Positions 36,883 to 46,272 of a stretch of 64,000 nt of DNA are shown one piece after another. The position numbers and the translations under genes are program-made. The stretch comes from an uncultured virus (IMG/VR IMGVR_UViG_3300015360_000031) (Duplodnaviria > Heunggongvirae > Uroviricota > Caudoviricetes), in IMG/VR virus record IMGVR_UViG_3300015360_000031; one strand, written 5' to 3'. The notes under the pieces are model-generated. The model saw only the letters and a list, made by a program, of their open reading frames with translations, made no database searches and was not told the origin of the DNA. Position 1 is the stretch's first letter, and the number at the start of each line of letters is the position of its first letter.

Positions 36883-39057
36883 TTACGTCGTCGCCGGCTT
36901 GGGTGCCGGCTTCTTCACGGGCGCCGGACGTACTGCTCCCTGATGCATCACGAGCTCGTCCTCGTCGTCCTCGTCGTCCTCGTCGTCCTCGTCGTCGTCA
37001 TCCTCGTCGTCCTCATCCTCGTCGTCCTCGTCGTCACCTTCGGTGCCCTCTTCACCCGCGCGCGGCTTTGGTGTCGCTGCCTGCCCGGTGAGCTTCTGGA
37101 GGAGCTCGATCACACCCACGACAACATCATCACGGAACTTCTGCGATGCGTCAGGGAGCAACACGTCCACGAAGTCGGCGAACCGCTCCGGGAAAAGCAG
37201 CTCCTGCATGACGGGGACCTGCACGCCCTGCTGCATGACCATCTGCGCCGCCTGCACGATGCCCTGACATGCCATCGCCGGGCTCACACCTTCAGGCTGC
37301 TTTGTCTTCTCGTCGAGCCGCACGGGGTCCATCGAGAGCGACTCGACGAAGTGCGCGACACCTTCGCGAAGACTCTCGACTTCCTCGATCAGCACCGGGC
37401 CGAACCATTCGTCGTCGGTCTTACCGAGCCGCTTCACGATCGAGCTCGTAGTCGCGGGCGCGAGCCCCTGCTTGATGGCGGCTTTGGCCGCCTTCCGCTT
37501 CTTCTTCCGTCGCGCCGCGGTGATCGGCGTCACCGTACCACCGCCGAGCCCACTGGAGGCGAGCGCCTCGATACGCGGAGGCATCGGCGCCTGCGGGTTC
37601 GCCGCGACGTTTGCCGCATACGCTTGCGCCTCGATCCCACGCGCCTGCGCGTCAGCGACCTGGGCCTGTGCCTGGTACGCGAACCGCTCGGACTGCGACT
37701 TGGCGCCGACGTACTTCTCAGCCAGCTCCTTGAACGACGAGACGCCATCACGCACGACGTCGATCACGCCCGAACCGCCGGGCTGCATCTGCAACGCGTT
37801 CTCGGTCACGCGCTGCTGCATCTCGACGACCTTACCGAAGAAATTCGTCACGCGCTCGGTCGCCTGCTCGGCGCCGTTCGCCGACTCCTTGGCCAGCATC
37901 AGGATGTCGCGCGGGTTCATCATCGACGTCTGCATGCGATCGATCGTCGCCTGGTTCGAGCGCGCGATCTCCTTGAGCGCCTCGCTGTGTTGACGCGTCT
38001 GCTCCTGCATGAACGAGAGCATCTGATCGGGCTTGTTGTTGCTGCTCGCCGCCGCCGCGAGCTGCGTCTGCATCGTCGCGAGCGTCTGCTCGTGCTGGCG
38101 CTGCAACATCTCCATGCGTCGGTTCGACTCGTCGGTCTGCGACTTCACCAAATCACGCAGCTGCGCATCCCGACGCTCGGCCTCACGCTCGCGCTTCTCG
38201 TCGGCGGCCTGCTGGGCGAGCAGCTTGTTCTGCTCGCGCAGGGCTTCGATCGCCGGGTCGGGGCCGCTCGGGCGCATGGTGGCGGCCTCCTTGATCGACG
38301 TCGTGAGCCCCGAGATCATGCTGCGCATCTCGGCGAGCTGGGTGTCGACGGTGCGCTGCTGCGCCGCCGCCTTCGCGTCGTTCTCGGTCCGGATCCGGTC
38401 GAGCTCGGCCCGGTGCCGTGCCTCGGTCACCTCGCGCTCACGCTGCGCGTTCTGCTCGCGCAGGGCCTTGAGCTCGTCCTCCTGCTTGCGCTTGTCCGCC
38501 TCGGCCTGCCATTGCGACCACGCCGGCGTCCCCACCGGGGGCGGGTTCGGCATCGGGTAGTAGCCCGGCTGCTGCTGCTGAAACGCTACCGGCTGGGTGT
38601 AGATGGGGGAGTTGCCTTGCGGGAGACCGTTGGGGAAGGACATGGGGCGCTGCACCTGCATCGTGGGCGGTTGAGTGATCTGCTGAGGGGTGGACGCTTG
38701 CTGCGCTCGCGCTTCTGCGAGTGGCGGCGGAACGCGCTCGGGGTACTCCTTCGGATCCCAGAACGGCTGCCACTTCATGACGAGCGGCTGGGGCACCGAC
38801 GAGTCGGTGACCGTGATCTCGTAGAGGCCCCCACCGGACCACTGAGTCACGATCCAGCTCTCGATCCCGCGGAGGTCTTCCTTCGTCCAGTTAGTGCCTG
38901 GTGCGGTGTCCTCCCCCTCGGGTTGAGGCATCGGGATCGGCGTGCGAGAGGAGCCCTTGAGCCGGTCCACGCGGACGGCCAGGGGTTCCACCATCGCAGC
39001 GAGCTTGCTGTCATCGAAGGATCGAGGGGCTGTTTGCATCGGGCGTCCGCCTGCCAT
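36883..39057 (-). CDS. Large Gln/Ala-rich coiled-coil protein with acidic tail
   Basis: 724 aa; long heptad region, RRKKKRK patch, poly-D/E tract. Confidence 0.75.
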   Translation of the reverse strand: MAGGRPMQTAPRSFDDSKLAAMVEPLAVRVDRLKGSSRTPIPMPQPEGEDTAPGTNWTKEDLRGIESWIVTQWSGGGLYEITVTDSSVPQPLVMKWQPFWDPKEYPERVPPPLAEARAQQASTPQQITQPPTMQVQRPMSFPNGLPQGNSPIYTQPVAFQQQQPGYYPMPNPPPVGTPAWSQWQAEADKRKQEDELKALREQNAQREREVTEARHRAELDRIRTENDAKAAAQQRTVDTQLAEMRSMISGLTTSIKEAATMRPSGPDPAIEALREQNKLLAQQAADEKREREAERRDAQLRDLVKSQTDESNRRMEMLQRQHEQTLATMQTQLAAAASSNNKPDQMLSFMQEQTRQHSEALKEIARSNQATIDRMQTSMMNPRDILMLAKESANGAEQATERVTNFFGKVVEMQQRVTENALQMQPGGSGVIDVVRDGVSSFKELAEKYVGAKSQSERFAYQAQAQVADAQARGIEAQAYAANVAANPQAPMPPRIEALASSGLGGGTVTPITAARRKKKRKAAKAAIKQGLAPATTSSIVKRLGKTDDEWFGPVLIEEVESLREGVAHFVESLSMDPVRLDEKTKQPEGVSPAMACQGIVQAAQMVMQQGVQVPVMQELLFPERFADFVDVLLPDASQKFRDDVVVGVIELLQKLTGQAATPKPRAGEEGTEGDDEDDEDEDDEDDDDEDDEDDEDDEDELVMHQGAVRPAPVKKPAPKPATT
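36955..37035. repeat. (TCGTCGTCC)n low-complexity repeat encoding the D/E tract
   Basis: Seen directly in the sequence. Confidence 0.8.
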
Positions 39058-39088
39058 TGACGTGCATGATGGCCACGTGCTCGGGTGG

Positions 39089-39104
39089 CGTCAAATATTT
39101 GACG
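39089..39104. promoter_or_regulatory. Palindrome CGTCAAATATTTGACG giving -35 boxes to two divergent promoters
   Basis: Plus: TTGACG-N17-TACTCG-N7-GTG 39135; minus: TTGACG-N17-CATCAT-N8-ATG 39057. Confidence 0.55.
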
Positions 39105-39134
39105 TAGCCCATACGGACGGTTACTCGTTGGGTT

Positions 39135-39590
39135 GTGACCACACACATCGCTACGCCCAAGGATCGAACGTTCTCGCGAACCCAAGGTTGTTGGAATTGC
39201 AAGCATTCAGGCTCAGCCACCGCGTTCTGGACTGAAGCTCGCCAGCGTGACCTCGCCACCGCGATCGGCATCGCGCAAGACGACCCACAAGGTGAGGAGT
39301 CGCTCAAGGTGAAGAACATCCGGCACATGATCGACACGACCGATCATCAGGTCGCGCTCGGCACGTTGATCCGCTGCTCGCACGGCCGGAAGCCCAACGG
39401 CGATCCGGTCGGTGACCTCGTTGCGCACAACTACCTGTGCAGCCGATGGAGCGCCAAGGCGACCGGGCTCGATCGCGACATCGGCAAGACCGACAAGCTG
39501 CCCGAGGAGCTCGTGGAAGATCTCGACGGTAAGGGGCCGAAGGAAGTCTCGAACCTCGCCGGGCTGCTTGGACGAAAGATCGTGACCTAA
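39135..39590 (+). CDS. Cys-containing hypothetical protein
   Basis: GCWNCKH...RC...YLCSRW. Confidence 0.65.
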   Translation: MTTHIATPKDRTFSRTQGCWNCKHSGSATAFWTEARQRDLATAIGIAQDDPQGEESLKVKNIRHMIDTTDHQVALGTLIRCSHGRKPNGDPVGDLVAHNYLCSRWSAKATGLDRDIGKTDKLPEELVEDLDGKGPKEVSNLAGLLGRKIVT

Positions 39591-39940
39591 TGCAGACCTT
39601 GCTCTTGTTCGCGTTACTCTGCGGCGCGCTCTACTACCTCGGCACACGCGCGCTCCTGACCTCGTGGTTGTGGAGTCGCTACCCGCCAACGTTCGCGCGA
39701 TTCATGGATTGCTCGGCGTGTACAGGCTTCTGGTACGGCGTCCTGCTCACGCTCGGCGCGGGCTGGATCGATCATCCGCTCCCGTTCGATCTTCCGTTCG
39801 ATGGGCTCTCGATGGTTGTCATCGGGCTGTGCATGCTTGTGGTCACCCCGCTCATTGCCGGTGTCATGCAAATCACGCTCGAATACGTCGGCTCCACGGC
39901 ACCCGAGCATGGGAATCCCACCATCGCGCCCGAGGACTGA
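39590..39940 (+). CDS. DUF1360-like membrane protein
   Basis: TM-CxxCxGFW-TM pattern (MDCSACTGFW). Confidence 0.55.
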   Translation: MQTLLLFALLCGALYYLGTRALLTSWLWSRYPPTFARFMDCSACTGFWYGVLLTLGAGWIDHPLPFDLPFDGLSMVVIGLCMLVVTPLIAGVMQITLEYVGSTAPEHGNPTIAPED

Positions 39941-39969
39941 TGCTCAACATCTTCCTCGGCTGATCGAGC

Positions 39970-39992
39970 CTGTCAGCCCCGCGCCGTACGCT
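39970..39992 (+). promoter_or_regulatory. Viral promoter motif copy
   Basis: CTGTCAGCCCCGCGCCG-TACGCT, 7 nt before ATG 40000. Confidence 0.75.
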
Positions 39993-39999
39993 GGCCGCC

Positions 40000-40440
40000 A
40001 TGGGAACTTCAGGTCAGATCACGATGTCGCTCGAAGAGTACGAAGCCGCCAAGCTGCTACGTATCACCGCCGAGAACGAGGCCGCCGCGTTGCGAGCCGA
40101 GCTGGTCGCCCTTCGTGCGGATGCCCTCGGGCGCGCCACGAAGGATGCTCAACAGCTCATCACCCTTGTCGACGATTCACTCACGGTGCTGAAGTTCGCG
40201 GTCGCGAACCTTCCGCCCGAGATGATCCGCGGCTGGCCGGTGGCCGCACTTCGTAGCGTCGCCGCGAAGATCCCGTCACTTCCTGCGTTCGACACGAACG
40301 ATCACGATCTCTGCATCGAGCTCGAAGCGTTCGCGCGCGAGTGTGATGGCATGGAGCGCCGGCGCATGAACGCTGAGCCGCCAGCGAAGATCAACGCGGG
40401 GGCGGATGACATCGATCCATCCTTCAACTATCGAGGTTGA
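40000..40440 (+). CDS. Hypothetical helical protein
   Basis: Start directly after motif. Confidence 0.65.
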   Translation: MGTSGQITMSLEEYEAAKLLRITAENEAAALRAELVALRADALGRATKDAQQLITLVDDSLTVLKFAVANLPPEMIRGWPVAALRSVAAKIPSLPAFDTNDHDLCIELEAFARECDGMERRRMNAEPPAKINAGADDIDPSFNYRG

Positions 40441-40656
40441 TCAAAGATTTGCGGTAACCCGGCATGTTGCCGTAGAACGAGAAACAGAATCGCGAAGCTG
40501 TCCCGACGCCGGTGACGTGATTTTAGGCGACCCACTCTTGGCCCCCCTCGTGGTGGGTCGCCCCTGTTCCTTCTGAGGTGTGCGCGATGTCGTCGCGTGG
40601 ATCCGTCCGCTCCTAGACGCTTGGAGCCACCTCGCCATGTGCGATACGCTCAGCGC

Positions 40657-40908
40657 ATGAACATTCCGCAGGTCGAGACCGGAGCTCCATACATCCCAGG
40701 GCCGCAATTCGTGCAGCCCGGTCCGCTCAACACGATCAACCATCAGGCCGCCGGCATCGAGCTCGGTTGCACCGGGTGCGCGTCGGAGAGCCTTCAGTTG
40801 AAGGACGCTGGCACTGCGCTGCCGGCCTGGGCGAAGGTACTCACGGTGATGGTGGCGATCGGGATCGTCCTCGCAATCGTCAACGCGGTCGCCGGCTCGA
40901 AGGCTTGA
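40657..40908 (+). CDS. Small C-terminally anchored membrane protein
   Basis: ATG 6 nt after TACGCT; LGCTGC; C-terminal TM. Confidence 0.6.
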   Translation: MNIPQVETGAPYIPGPQFVQPGPLNTINHQAAGIELGCTGCASESLQLKDAGTALPAWAKVLTVMVAIGIVLAIVNAVAGSKA

Positions 40909-40931
40909 TCAGAGCTGGAAGTCCTACGAGC

Positions 40932-41267
40932 TCATATGCTCAGCTCGCCATCCTTACCGACCGGGTACAGCACCTGTGCACGTGCACACTCTGTCATCGT
41001 GTTGTAGCTGTAAAGCGACTTTGCGACGACCCCACTCTCGAACTTCGCATGCGCCTCCCAACTATGCGCGTCCTCCCATGCGCGTGCTGCTCCAGCAAGC
41101 CGCATTGGGTGAATGTCCTCGGGTGCAACAGTCACCCCAGGGAAGCGTGGTTGATCGTCCTTACCGACGATCGATCGCATGTACTCAGTGAGTTTTGCCG
41201 CAAGTTTCGTGCGTGTGCGGCCGACCGTGTTCCACCGGTTTTTAGCTGACCTCATCAGCCGCGCCAT
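40932..41267 (-). CDS. Hypothetical protein
   Basis: Member of a coupled minus-strand cluster. Confidence 0.5.
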   Translation of the reverse strand: MARLMRSAKNRWNTVGRTRTKLAAKLTEYMRSIVGKDDQPRFPGVTVAPEDIHPMRLAGAARAWEDAHSWEAHAKFESGVVAKSLYSYNTMTECARAQVLYPVGKDGELSI

Positions 41268-41500
41268 CCGGTGCGGAGGAGGGACTCGGCTTCCGCGAGC
41301 GCGTCACGCCAGGTCGCTCCACATGGCCTCTCCGCAACCAGCGCGTGCCGATGTGCAGCATCCGCCACCAACCTCCCCATGCCATGCCAAGCGAGTTCAA
41401 GGCAGGCCACAGCTTCCCCCTTGCCGAACTTGCCGTCACTACTCGCCCACAGCGCGCAGATCATCGCGGCCTGCTCTCGCGTCTGCTTCGAGATCCTCAT
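41255..41500 (-). CDS. Hypothetical protein
   Basis: Coupled ORF; ends ALAEAESLLRTGW. Confidence 0.55.
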   Translation of the reverse strand: MRISKQTREQAAMICALWASSDGKFGKGEAVACLELAWHGMGRLVADAAHRHALVAERPCGATWRDALAEAESLLRTGWRG

Positions 41501-41679
41501 GAGCTGATCACGAAACCCGCATCAGCGAGCAGCTGGATTACCTCGTCGCGCCTCTCGGGCTGGCAACGCACCTGTACTCCGGTCTCTATTTCGATGAGCT
41601 TCGCGCCGAGTTGATTCAACTCAACTTTGAGTTTGGCTAGTTCAATCTTACGTTGGCTGTCACCGTCGTACTTCCACAT
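41497..41679 (-). CDS. Hypothetical protein
   Basis: Coupled overlaps at both ends; GAGG RBS. Confidence 0.5.
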   Translation of the reverse strand: MWKYDGDSQRKIELAKLKVELNQLGAKLIEIETGVQVRCQPERRDEVIQLLADAGFVISS

Positions 41680-42326
41680 CAGCTACCTCGGGTATTGAGG
41701 GTTGCCCCGTCATGCTCAATGACGTCACTGCCGGCATGCTCGGTGACGTCACTGTACGGATCCTCGTACACGTGCGAGGTGTTGACCGTCTTCGAGTATT
41801 CGAGGATCAGGCGGGCAAGCTCCTCGTCGGTGCCCTTCTCGCCGCGTGCGCGCCACGCCGCGATGTCGATCTCAAGCTCACCGTACGGTAGCCGGTGCTC
41901 CTTGTAGTAGAGCCGGCGCTTCCACGCAGCCTCCTCGGCAGAATCGAACTGCCCCACGTAGATCTCGCTGCCTTTGATCCTCGCCATCGCGCGGAAGCCG
42001 CTACCGTTCACGTACACGCCCACAAAGCCGCTCCTCGTCTTGGTGCTTCGATGCAGCAGCAACAGATCGATCGGCGGCCCGGCGTTGATGACGCCGAAGT
42101 TATCCTCACGCAGAGCTTTGAGCTCGCGCCCCCATTGCGGGCCAAGGAATCCGCCCTGCCCGGTTTCGAGCAGTGCGCTGATCTGCCCGAGAAACATCCG
42201 AGTCGCTGCGCGGTCGGAAATGCCGATGGTTTTAGCCATCCGAGACAGCAGCTGATAAATTGGCCGGGGTAGTGAGACCTTAACGGTGACACTTCCGTCA
42301 TCTTTTGGGGCCGAGTGCTTGCTCAT
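41679..42326 (-). CDS. AP2-domain DNA-binding protein with RHH-like N-terminus
   Basis: TRSGFVGVY...FRAMARIKG..IYVGQFDSAEEAA (AP2). Confidence 0.7.
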   Translation of the reverse strand: MSKHSAPKDDGSVTVKVSLPRPIYQLLSRMAKTIGISDRAATRMFLGQISALLETGQGGFLGPQWGRELKALREDNFGVINAGPPIDLLLLHRSTKTRSGFVGVYVNGSGFRAMARIKGSEIYVGQFDSAEEAAWKRRLYYKEHRLPYGELEIDIAAWRARGEKGTDEELARLILEYSKTVNTSHVYEDPYSDVTEHAGSDVIEHDGATLNTRGS

Positions 42327-42625
42327 ATGCACCGAATGAAGCACGGCGCCATGCTTATTTCAAGCCTGATTATCAGCCAACGCACCGTAGCCGAGCAGAT
42401 CTGGTAGGGTCGCCACAGGTTTGGATCTGAAAAACGACGCCAGATGCATCGTGGATTACCATTGAGTCGGGGCTATCACATACTTACACGAGCAACGTTA
42501 CTACTTTTGTTTTTCAGCAATCTTTTAGAGGACCTCTTCATGAAAAAGGCTTATATTCTAATTTCAAATGGGTAGAGCTTAAAATAGTTTGTGAAAACGA
42601 AAACAATAACGTTGCCCGTGTAAGT

Positions 42626-42955
42626 ATGCCAAACCTGGTCGCTGACTACCTCCTCGTCCTCACCGCCACCACCATGCGCCAAGTGATGATCACGCGCTGT
42701 AAGCTCGTCGGTAAGCGCTGGCGCGAGGTGCAGGCTGCCTCCCCCGACAACCTTGTGATTCACGCGTGGGCGGGTGGCTACGGCCACTTCAGAGACCCGC
42801 TCGTCACCATGCTGCAAGCGCACTGGAACCACCACGAGTGGTACAACACCGAGGCGCTCACGCTGATCGAGAAGCACGTGCCGCCCGTCGAGCACAACGC
42901 GCTGTGGGCTGAGTCGGCCGTACTGAAGCGCTGGCTTGAAGAGACGTTCCCTTAA
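42626..42955 (+). CDS. Hypothetical protein
   Basis: Follows an AT-rich intergenic region. Confidence 0.6.
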   Translation: MPNLVADYLLVLTATTMRQVMITRCKLVGKRWREVQAASPDNLVIHAWAGGYGHFRDPLVTMLQAHWNHHEWYNTEALTLIEKHVPPVEHNALWAESAVLKRWLEETFP

Positions 42956-43797
42956 CGGGCGCGCATCACGGCGCCGCCGACGATCCCGACGATCCCAGCC
43001 GAGATCACGCCGGGGTGGCGATACCAGGGCTTCCGCTTGGGCGGTACCGTCGGCACGTTCATCCCGTTGCCGGTCAGGAACGACTGCACCGCGAGCGAGG
43101 CAAGCATGGCGAGGTCAGTACCCACACGACCCGCCGCCGACGCTGACAGCGCTTTGAGCGTCAGCCGCGAGGCCAGGTCGGCCACCTGGCTGTGACTCCA
43201 CACCGTCGTCGCGAGCCGCGAGTCGAGCTGCTCGAACGTACGGAAGCTCGACGCCGATTCGAGCCAGATGACCGGCAACGCGAGGTCACGAAAGATCCGC
43301 AGCGCCGCCGCGACCACGCCTGGGTTTGGGTCACCTGCGATCGCACCGTTGATCGCGCCGGCCGATACCGAGGCCGAGTGCAGCCACGACGTCACACCCG
43401 ATCGGTCACTCGGCGAGAACAGCCCACCCACGCCTGCGTTCCAGATCTCGTCGAGCATGATCTGCCGGGGCGGGCGCTGATCGGCGTCAGCCACTTGTAG
43501 GATGGCCGCAGCAACACCACCGCGAGCTGCCGCGAACACCTTCGTCGTCGTGTCGGTCCCCTCACCTACGAGCGCCTGCTCGAACACTGAGCTCGCCGCG
43601 AACACCTGCGCACGCACGTGCGGGTTCATGGCGGCGGCCTTGACGAGCTCCTTCATCGCGCGCATCGCATTGGCGAGCGGTTGGATGAGGTCAGCAGCAC
43701 CCATCAGCATGTCGTTACGTCCGCCGGGGAGCCGAACCGCGTTGGCGGCCTTCCAGTACGCACGAAGGGTCAGCACGTTCTCGTTCGGTGTTGCCAT
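42952..43797 (-). CDS. Ala-rich C-terminally anchored membrane protein
   Basis: KPWYRHP then TM; ATG 6 nt after TGA-TAGCTT. Confidence 0.7.
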   Translation of the reverse strand: MATPNENVLTLRAYWKAANAVRLPGGRNDMLMGAADLIQPLANAMRAMKELVKAAAMNPHVRAQVFAASSVFEQALVGEGTDTTTKVFAAARGGVAAAILQVADADQRPPRQIMLDEIWNAGVGGLFSPSDRSGVTSWLHSASVSAGAINGAIAGDPNPGVVAAALRIFRDLALPVIWLESASSFRTFEQLDSRLATTVWSHSQVADLASRLTLKALSASAAGRVGTDLAMLASLAVQSFLTGNGMNVPTVPPKRKPWYRHPGVISAGIVGIVGGAVMRAR

Positions 43798-44180
43798 CCG
43801 ACGAAGCTATCACGGGGGCGAGATTACCCGCCCAGCCAAAAAACCAGCCGCGAACACGCGCACAAGCGACACCACCTCATCAAACGATGCTGCGCGATTC
43901 GGCACGAGTGCCTTGCTTGGTCCGCGAGCATCCAAGATCCCGACGAGGAACGGGCATCGCAGATCTGTTGAGATACCGATGACCACGTACAGTCGATCTT
44001 CGCCAACGTACAGCTCACGTAGGTACAGCTCACTCAGGTTCGATCCAACTGGCGCGGTACGAACGCCTTCGATACGACACAGCTCCACGATCAATTCAGG
44101 CATGCGCGCAAACTCGGCGGCGTTGTGGCTGCGCAGATCGTCAGTGTTATCCAGCGTTGCTGGCCAATTCACTTTGGGCT
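43787..44180. repeat. Direct repeat copy A (about 390 bp) of 44577..45007
   Basis: Near-identical sequence with substitutions and in-frame indels. Confidence 0.9.
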
Positions 44181-44283
44181 GCCGGCCACCGGAAGCCACG
44201 GCCTGAAACCAGCAATGCCGATCGCGCACTGGCATGACGGGCTGCTTGCGCTTGGGCGGCTTGCGACGTTGTACCTTCGGCAC
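43810..44283 (-). CDS. Chimeric hypothetical protein
   Basis: N-terminus shared with 46273..46884; C-terminus shared with 44599..45207. Confidence 0.55.
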   Translation of the reverse strand: MPKVQRRKPPKRKQPVMPVRDRHCWFQAVASGGRQPKVNWPATLDNTDDLRSHNAAEFARMPELIVELCRIEGVRTAPVGSNLSELYLRELYVGEDRLYVVIGISTDLRCPFLVGILDARGPSKALVPNRAASFDEVVSLVRVFAAGFLAGRVISPP

Positions 44284-44289
44284 GCAACC

Positions 44290-44312
44290 GTTCTACCGCG
44301 TGGGGCTGACAG
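44290..44312 (-). promoter_or_regulatory. Viral promoter motif copy
   Basis: CTGTCAGCCCCACGCGG-TAGAAC, 6 nt before GTG 44283. Confidence 0.75.
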
Positions 44313-44318
44313 CCTATG

Positions 44319-44573
44319 TTACCTCCTCTGGCACCCGACGGTGCGGAACTCGCCGCGGACGTGGCGGTCGGCTTCGCTCCACGACTTCCGCAGCTCGCGG
44401 ACCTCCTGCACGGTGGCGAGGAGCTTGCCACCCTCACAGACGCCCTGACCTCGATCGCTACTCGAGTGCGTGACGCATCGGCGGACGCCGGCATGGCCGT
44501 GGTTGCGGCAGTACGGATCCGAGCCGCCGTAGATCTCAGGGCAGGTACAGCAGTAGCAGGGCTTGGCGGTCAC
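44319..44573 (-). CDS. Cys-rich small protein
   Basis: Ends FRTVGCQRR, as does 45209..45484. Confidence 0.4.
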   Translation of the reverse strand: MTAKPCYCCTCPEIYGGSDPYCRNHGHAGVRRCVTHSSSDRGQGVCEGGKLLATVQEVRELRKSWSEADRHVRGEFRTVGCQRR

Positions 44574-44576
44574 TTG

Positions 44577-45007
44577 GTGTTGCCATCCGACGAAGCTATC
44601 ACGGGGGCGAGATTACCCGCCCAGCCAAGAAACCAGCCGCGAACACGCGCACAAGCGACACCACCTCATCAAACGATGCTGCGCGATTCGGCACGAGTGA
44701 CTTGCTTGGTGTGATGCGTCCGCGTGCATCCCAGATCTCGACGCGGAACGGGCGGCGCAGATCTGTCGAGATACCGATGACCACGTACAGTCGATCTTCG
44801 CCAACGTACAGCTCACGTGGGTACAGCCCACTCAGGTTCGATCCAGCTGGCGCAACGTCGCCGACCAATTCAACTTGGGTGCCGCCTGCGGTACGAACGC
44901 CCTCGATACGGCACAGCTCCACGATCAATTCAGGCATGCGCGCAAGCTCGGCGGCGTTGTGGCTGCGTAGATCATCAGCTGACGTTGCCGACCAATTCAA
45001 CTTGGGT
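44577..45007. repeat. Direct repeat copy B
   Basis: Partner of 43787..44180; carries an internal ~27-bp duplication. Confidence 0.9.
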
Positions 45008-45207
45008 TGAGTGGCTGAGCATGCGCAGCCACAGCCACGATCAAGCAGGACGCCGTAGATCGCACCACCGTTAGGCCCTTCATCGGTGACCTGCGTGATC
45101 CTGTAGCGCCGATTGCCAACCTTGAAAAAGTCACCAACAGCCAGCACCCAGTGTGTCGGTCTGGCTTCATGAGCACCCAGTAAAAGCTCAGCTACTTCGC
45201 TCGACAT
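44599..45207 (-). CDS. Hypothetical protein (paralog of 43810..44283)
   Basis: GAGGAGG RBS before ATG 45207. Confidence 0.6.
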   Translation of the reverse strand: MSSEVAELLLGAHEARPTHWVLAVGDFFKVGNRRYRITQVTDEGPNGGAIYGVLLDRGCGCACSATQPKLNWSATSADDLRSHNAAELARMPELIVELCRIEGVRTAGGTQVELVGDVAPAGSNLSGLYPRELYVGEDRLYVVIGISTDLRRPFRVEIWDARGRITPSKSLVPNRAASFDEVVSLVRVFAAGFLAGRVISPP

Positions 45208-45208
45208 G

Positions 45209-45484
45209 TTACCTCCTCTGGCATCCGACGGTGCGGAAGTCGACGACGATCGGCAGCGAGCCGCCGGTGCAGTAGATGCGCGACGTGATGCGCCCCGGGC
45301 GCTCTGGTGAGTCGTTCTCGTGCCCCGTCGGCGTGCGCTTGCAGGTGAACACGCCCGATCGCGGGATGCCCTCAACATACCACATCCGGGTAGGCTCAGG
45401 GCACGTTGCGCGTGCGGGCCGGACGACCATCGCCGCCAACAGGAGGAGGATGCTCACGAACGATCCGAGTACCTCCGCGATCAT
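45209..45484 (-). CDS. Secreted/membrane Cys-rich small protein
   Basis: Signal-like N-terminus (ARA-TC), four Cys. Confidence 0.6.
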   Translation of the reverse strand: MIAEVLGSFVSILLLLAAMVVRPARATCPEPTRMWYVEGIPRSGVFTCKRTPTGHENDSPERPGRITSRIYCTGGSLPIVVDFRTVGCQRR

Positions 45485-45948
45485 GACTCGCGCGTCCTAC
45501 TCCGGTGCTCCGCGAGGTGGTTGTCAACGTGCTTCCGCGCGTGCTGTGCGCTCATCTTGCTGATGAAGTTGTACGCGTCGGTGTCCGCCTCGAAGTGCTG
45601 GTTTGCCAGTGCGGGCGTGAAGATCGGGCGGTGCGGCCCGGACATCACGATGTAGTTCCGCTGCCCGACCGCATACCCGAGCTCGATGTACGCGCCGACG
45701 GTGTTGACCCCGAGCGCGGGGAGCAGCAGCCACAAGATATTGGCCTCGGCCACCTCGGCGAGATCACGCAAGGTCCACGCAGTGAGCTGCTCGATCGTGG
45801 CGTTCGCGGGGTTTGCAGTGCCGATACGTCCGATCACGTCGACCCACGTCGAGGTCAGCATGATGTCAATGTCGCGCAGCTTCTGCGCCCACATCTTCGC
45901 GCGATCGAGCTCGCTTGATGCGCCAGCTAGGTAGAGCTTCGTGATCAC
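45481..45948 (-). CDS. Nucleoside 2-deoxyribosyltransferase-like protein
   Basis: KLYLAG...DLAEVAEANIL...GAYIELGYA. Confidence 0.7.
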   Translation of the reverse strand: MITKLYLAGASSELDRAKMWAQKLRDIDIMLTSTWVDVIGRIGTANPANATIEQLTAWTLRDLAEVAEANILWLLLPALGVNTVGAYIELGYAVGQRNYIVMSGPHRPIFTPALANQHFEADTDAYNFISKMSAQHARKHVDNHLAEHRSRTRES

Positions 45949-46271
45949 TTCTTTGCTTCCTTCTTTGCCGGCGATGCTTCGACCTCGGGCTCGGGCTGCT
46001 TGGTGTGAAGCATGTTGTACGCGTCGAGCACGGTCTTGCCCTTGACCCGCTCGAAGTCAGCGTCGGAGACGTCTGCGCCAACGATCGGCGACTCGCCGCG
46101 CCACGCTGCGCGAATCTGCGCCTCCTTGGCGACCGCCAGCACCATCTGCTCTGACGGCGGTAGCGCATCCGATGTGATCAGCTCAAGCGCCGCAGCTCGT
46201 GCAGCCTCGGGCGACTCGGCAACCACGTAGACGTCGTAAACGATGATCGTGTTGTAAATTCCCAGTGCCAT
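45945..46271 (-). CDS. Hypothetical protein
   Basis: YVVAESPEAA; coupled to neighbours. Confidence 0.6.
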   Translation of the reverse strand: MALGIYNTIIVYDVYVVAESPEAARAAALELITSDALPPSEQMVLAVAKEAQIRAAWRGESPIVGADVSDADFERVKGKTVLDAYNMLHTKQPEPEVEASPAKKEAKK

Positions 46272-46272
46272 C

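Noticed and set aside
36883..39057. Tail tape-measure protein
   Set aside because: No neighbouring tail genes or frameshift chaperone pair, and no typical Trp/Phe-spaced repeats or TM region.
36943..39060. 705-aa plus-strand ORF and other long antisense ORFs (e.g. 3209..4663, 13201..14640, 30780..32141)
   Set aside because: Shadow ORFs typical of high-GC DNA; the opposite strand carries the protein-like, promoter- or RBS-linked gene.
43787..45007. Diversity-generating retroelement TR/VR pair
   Set aside because: Differences are not restricted to adenines on either strand, indels are present, and no reverse transcriptase is visible.
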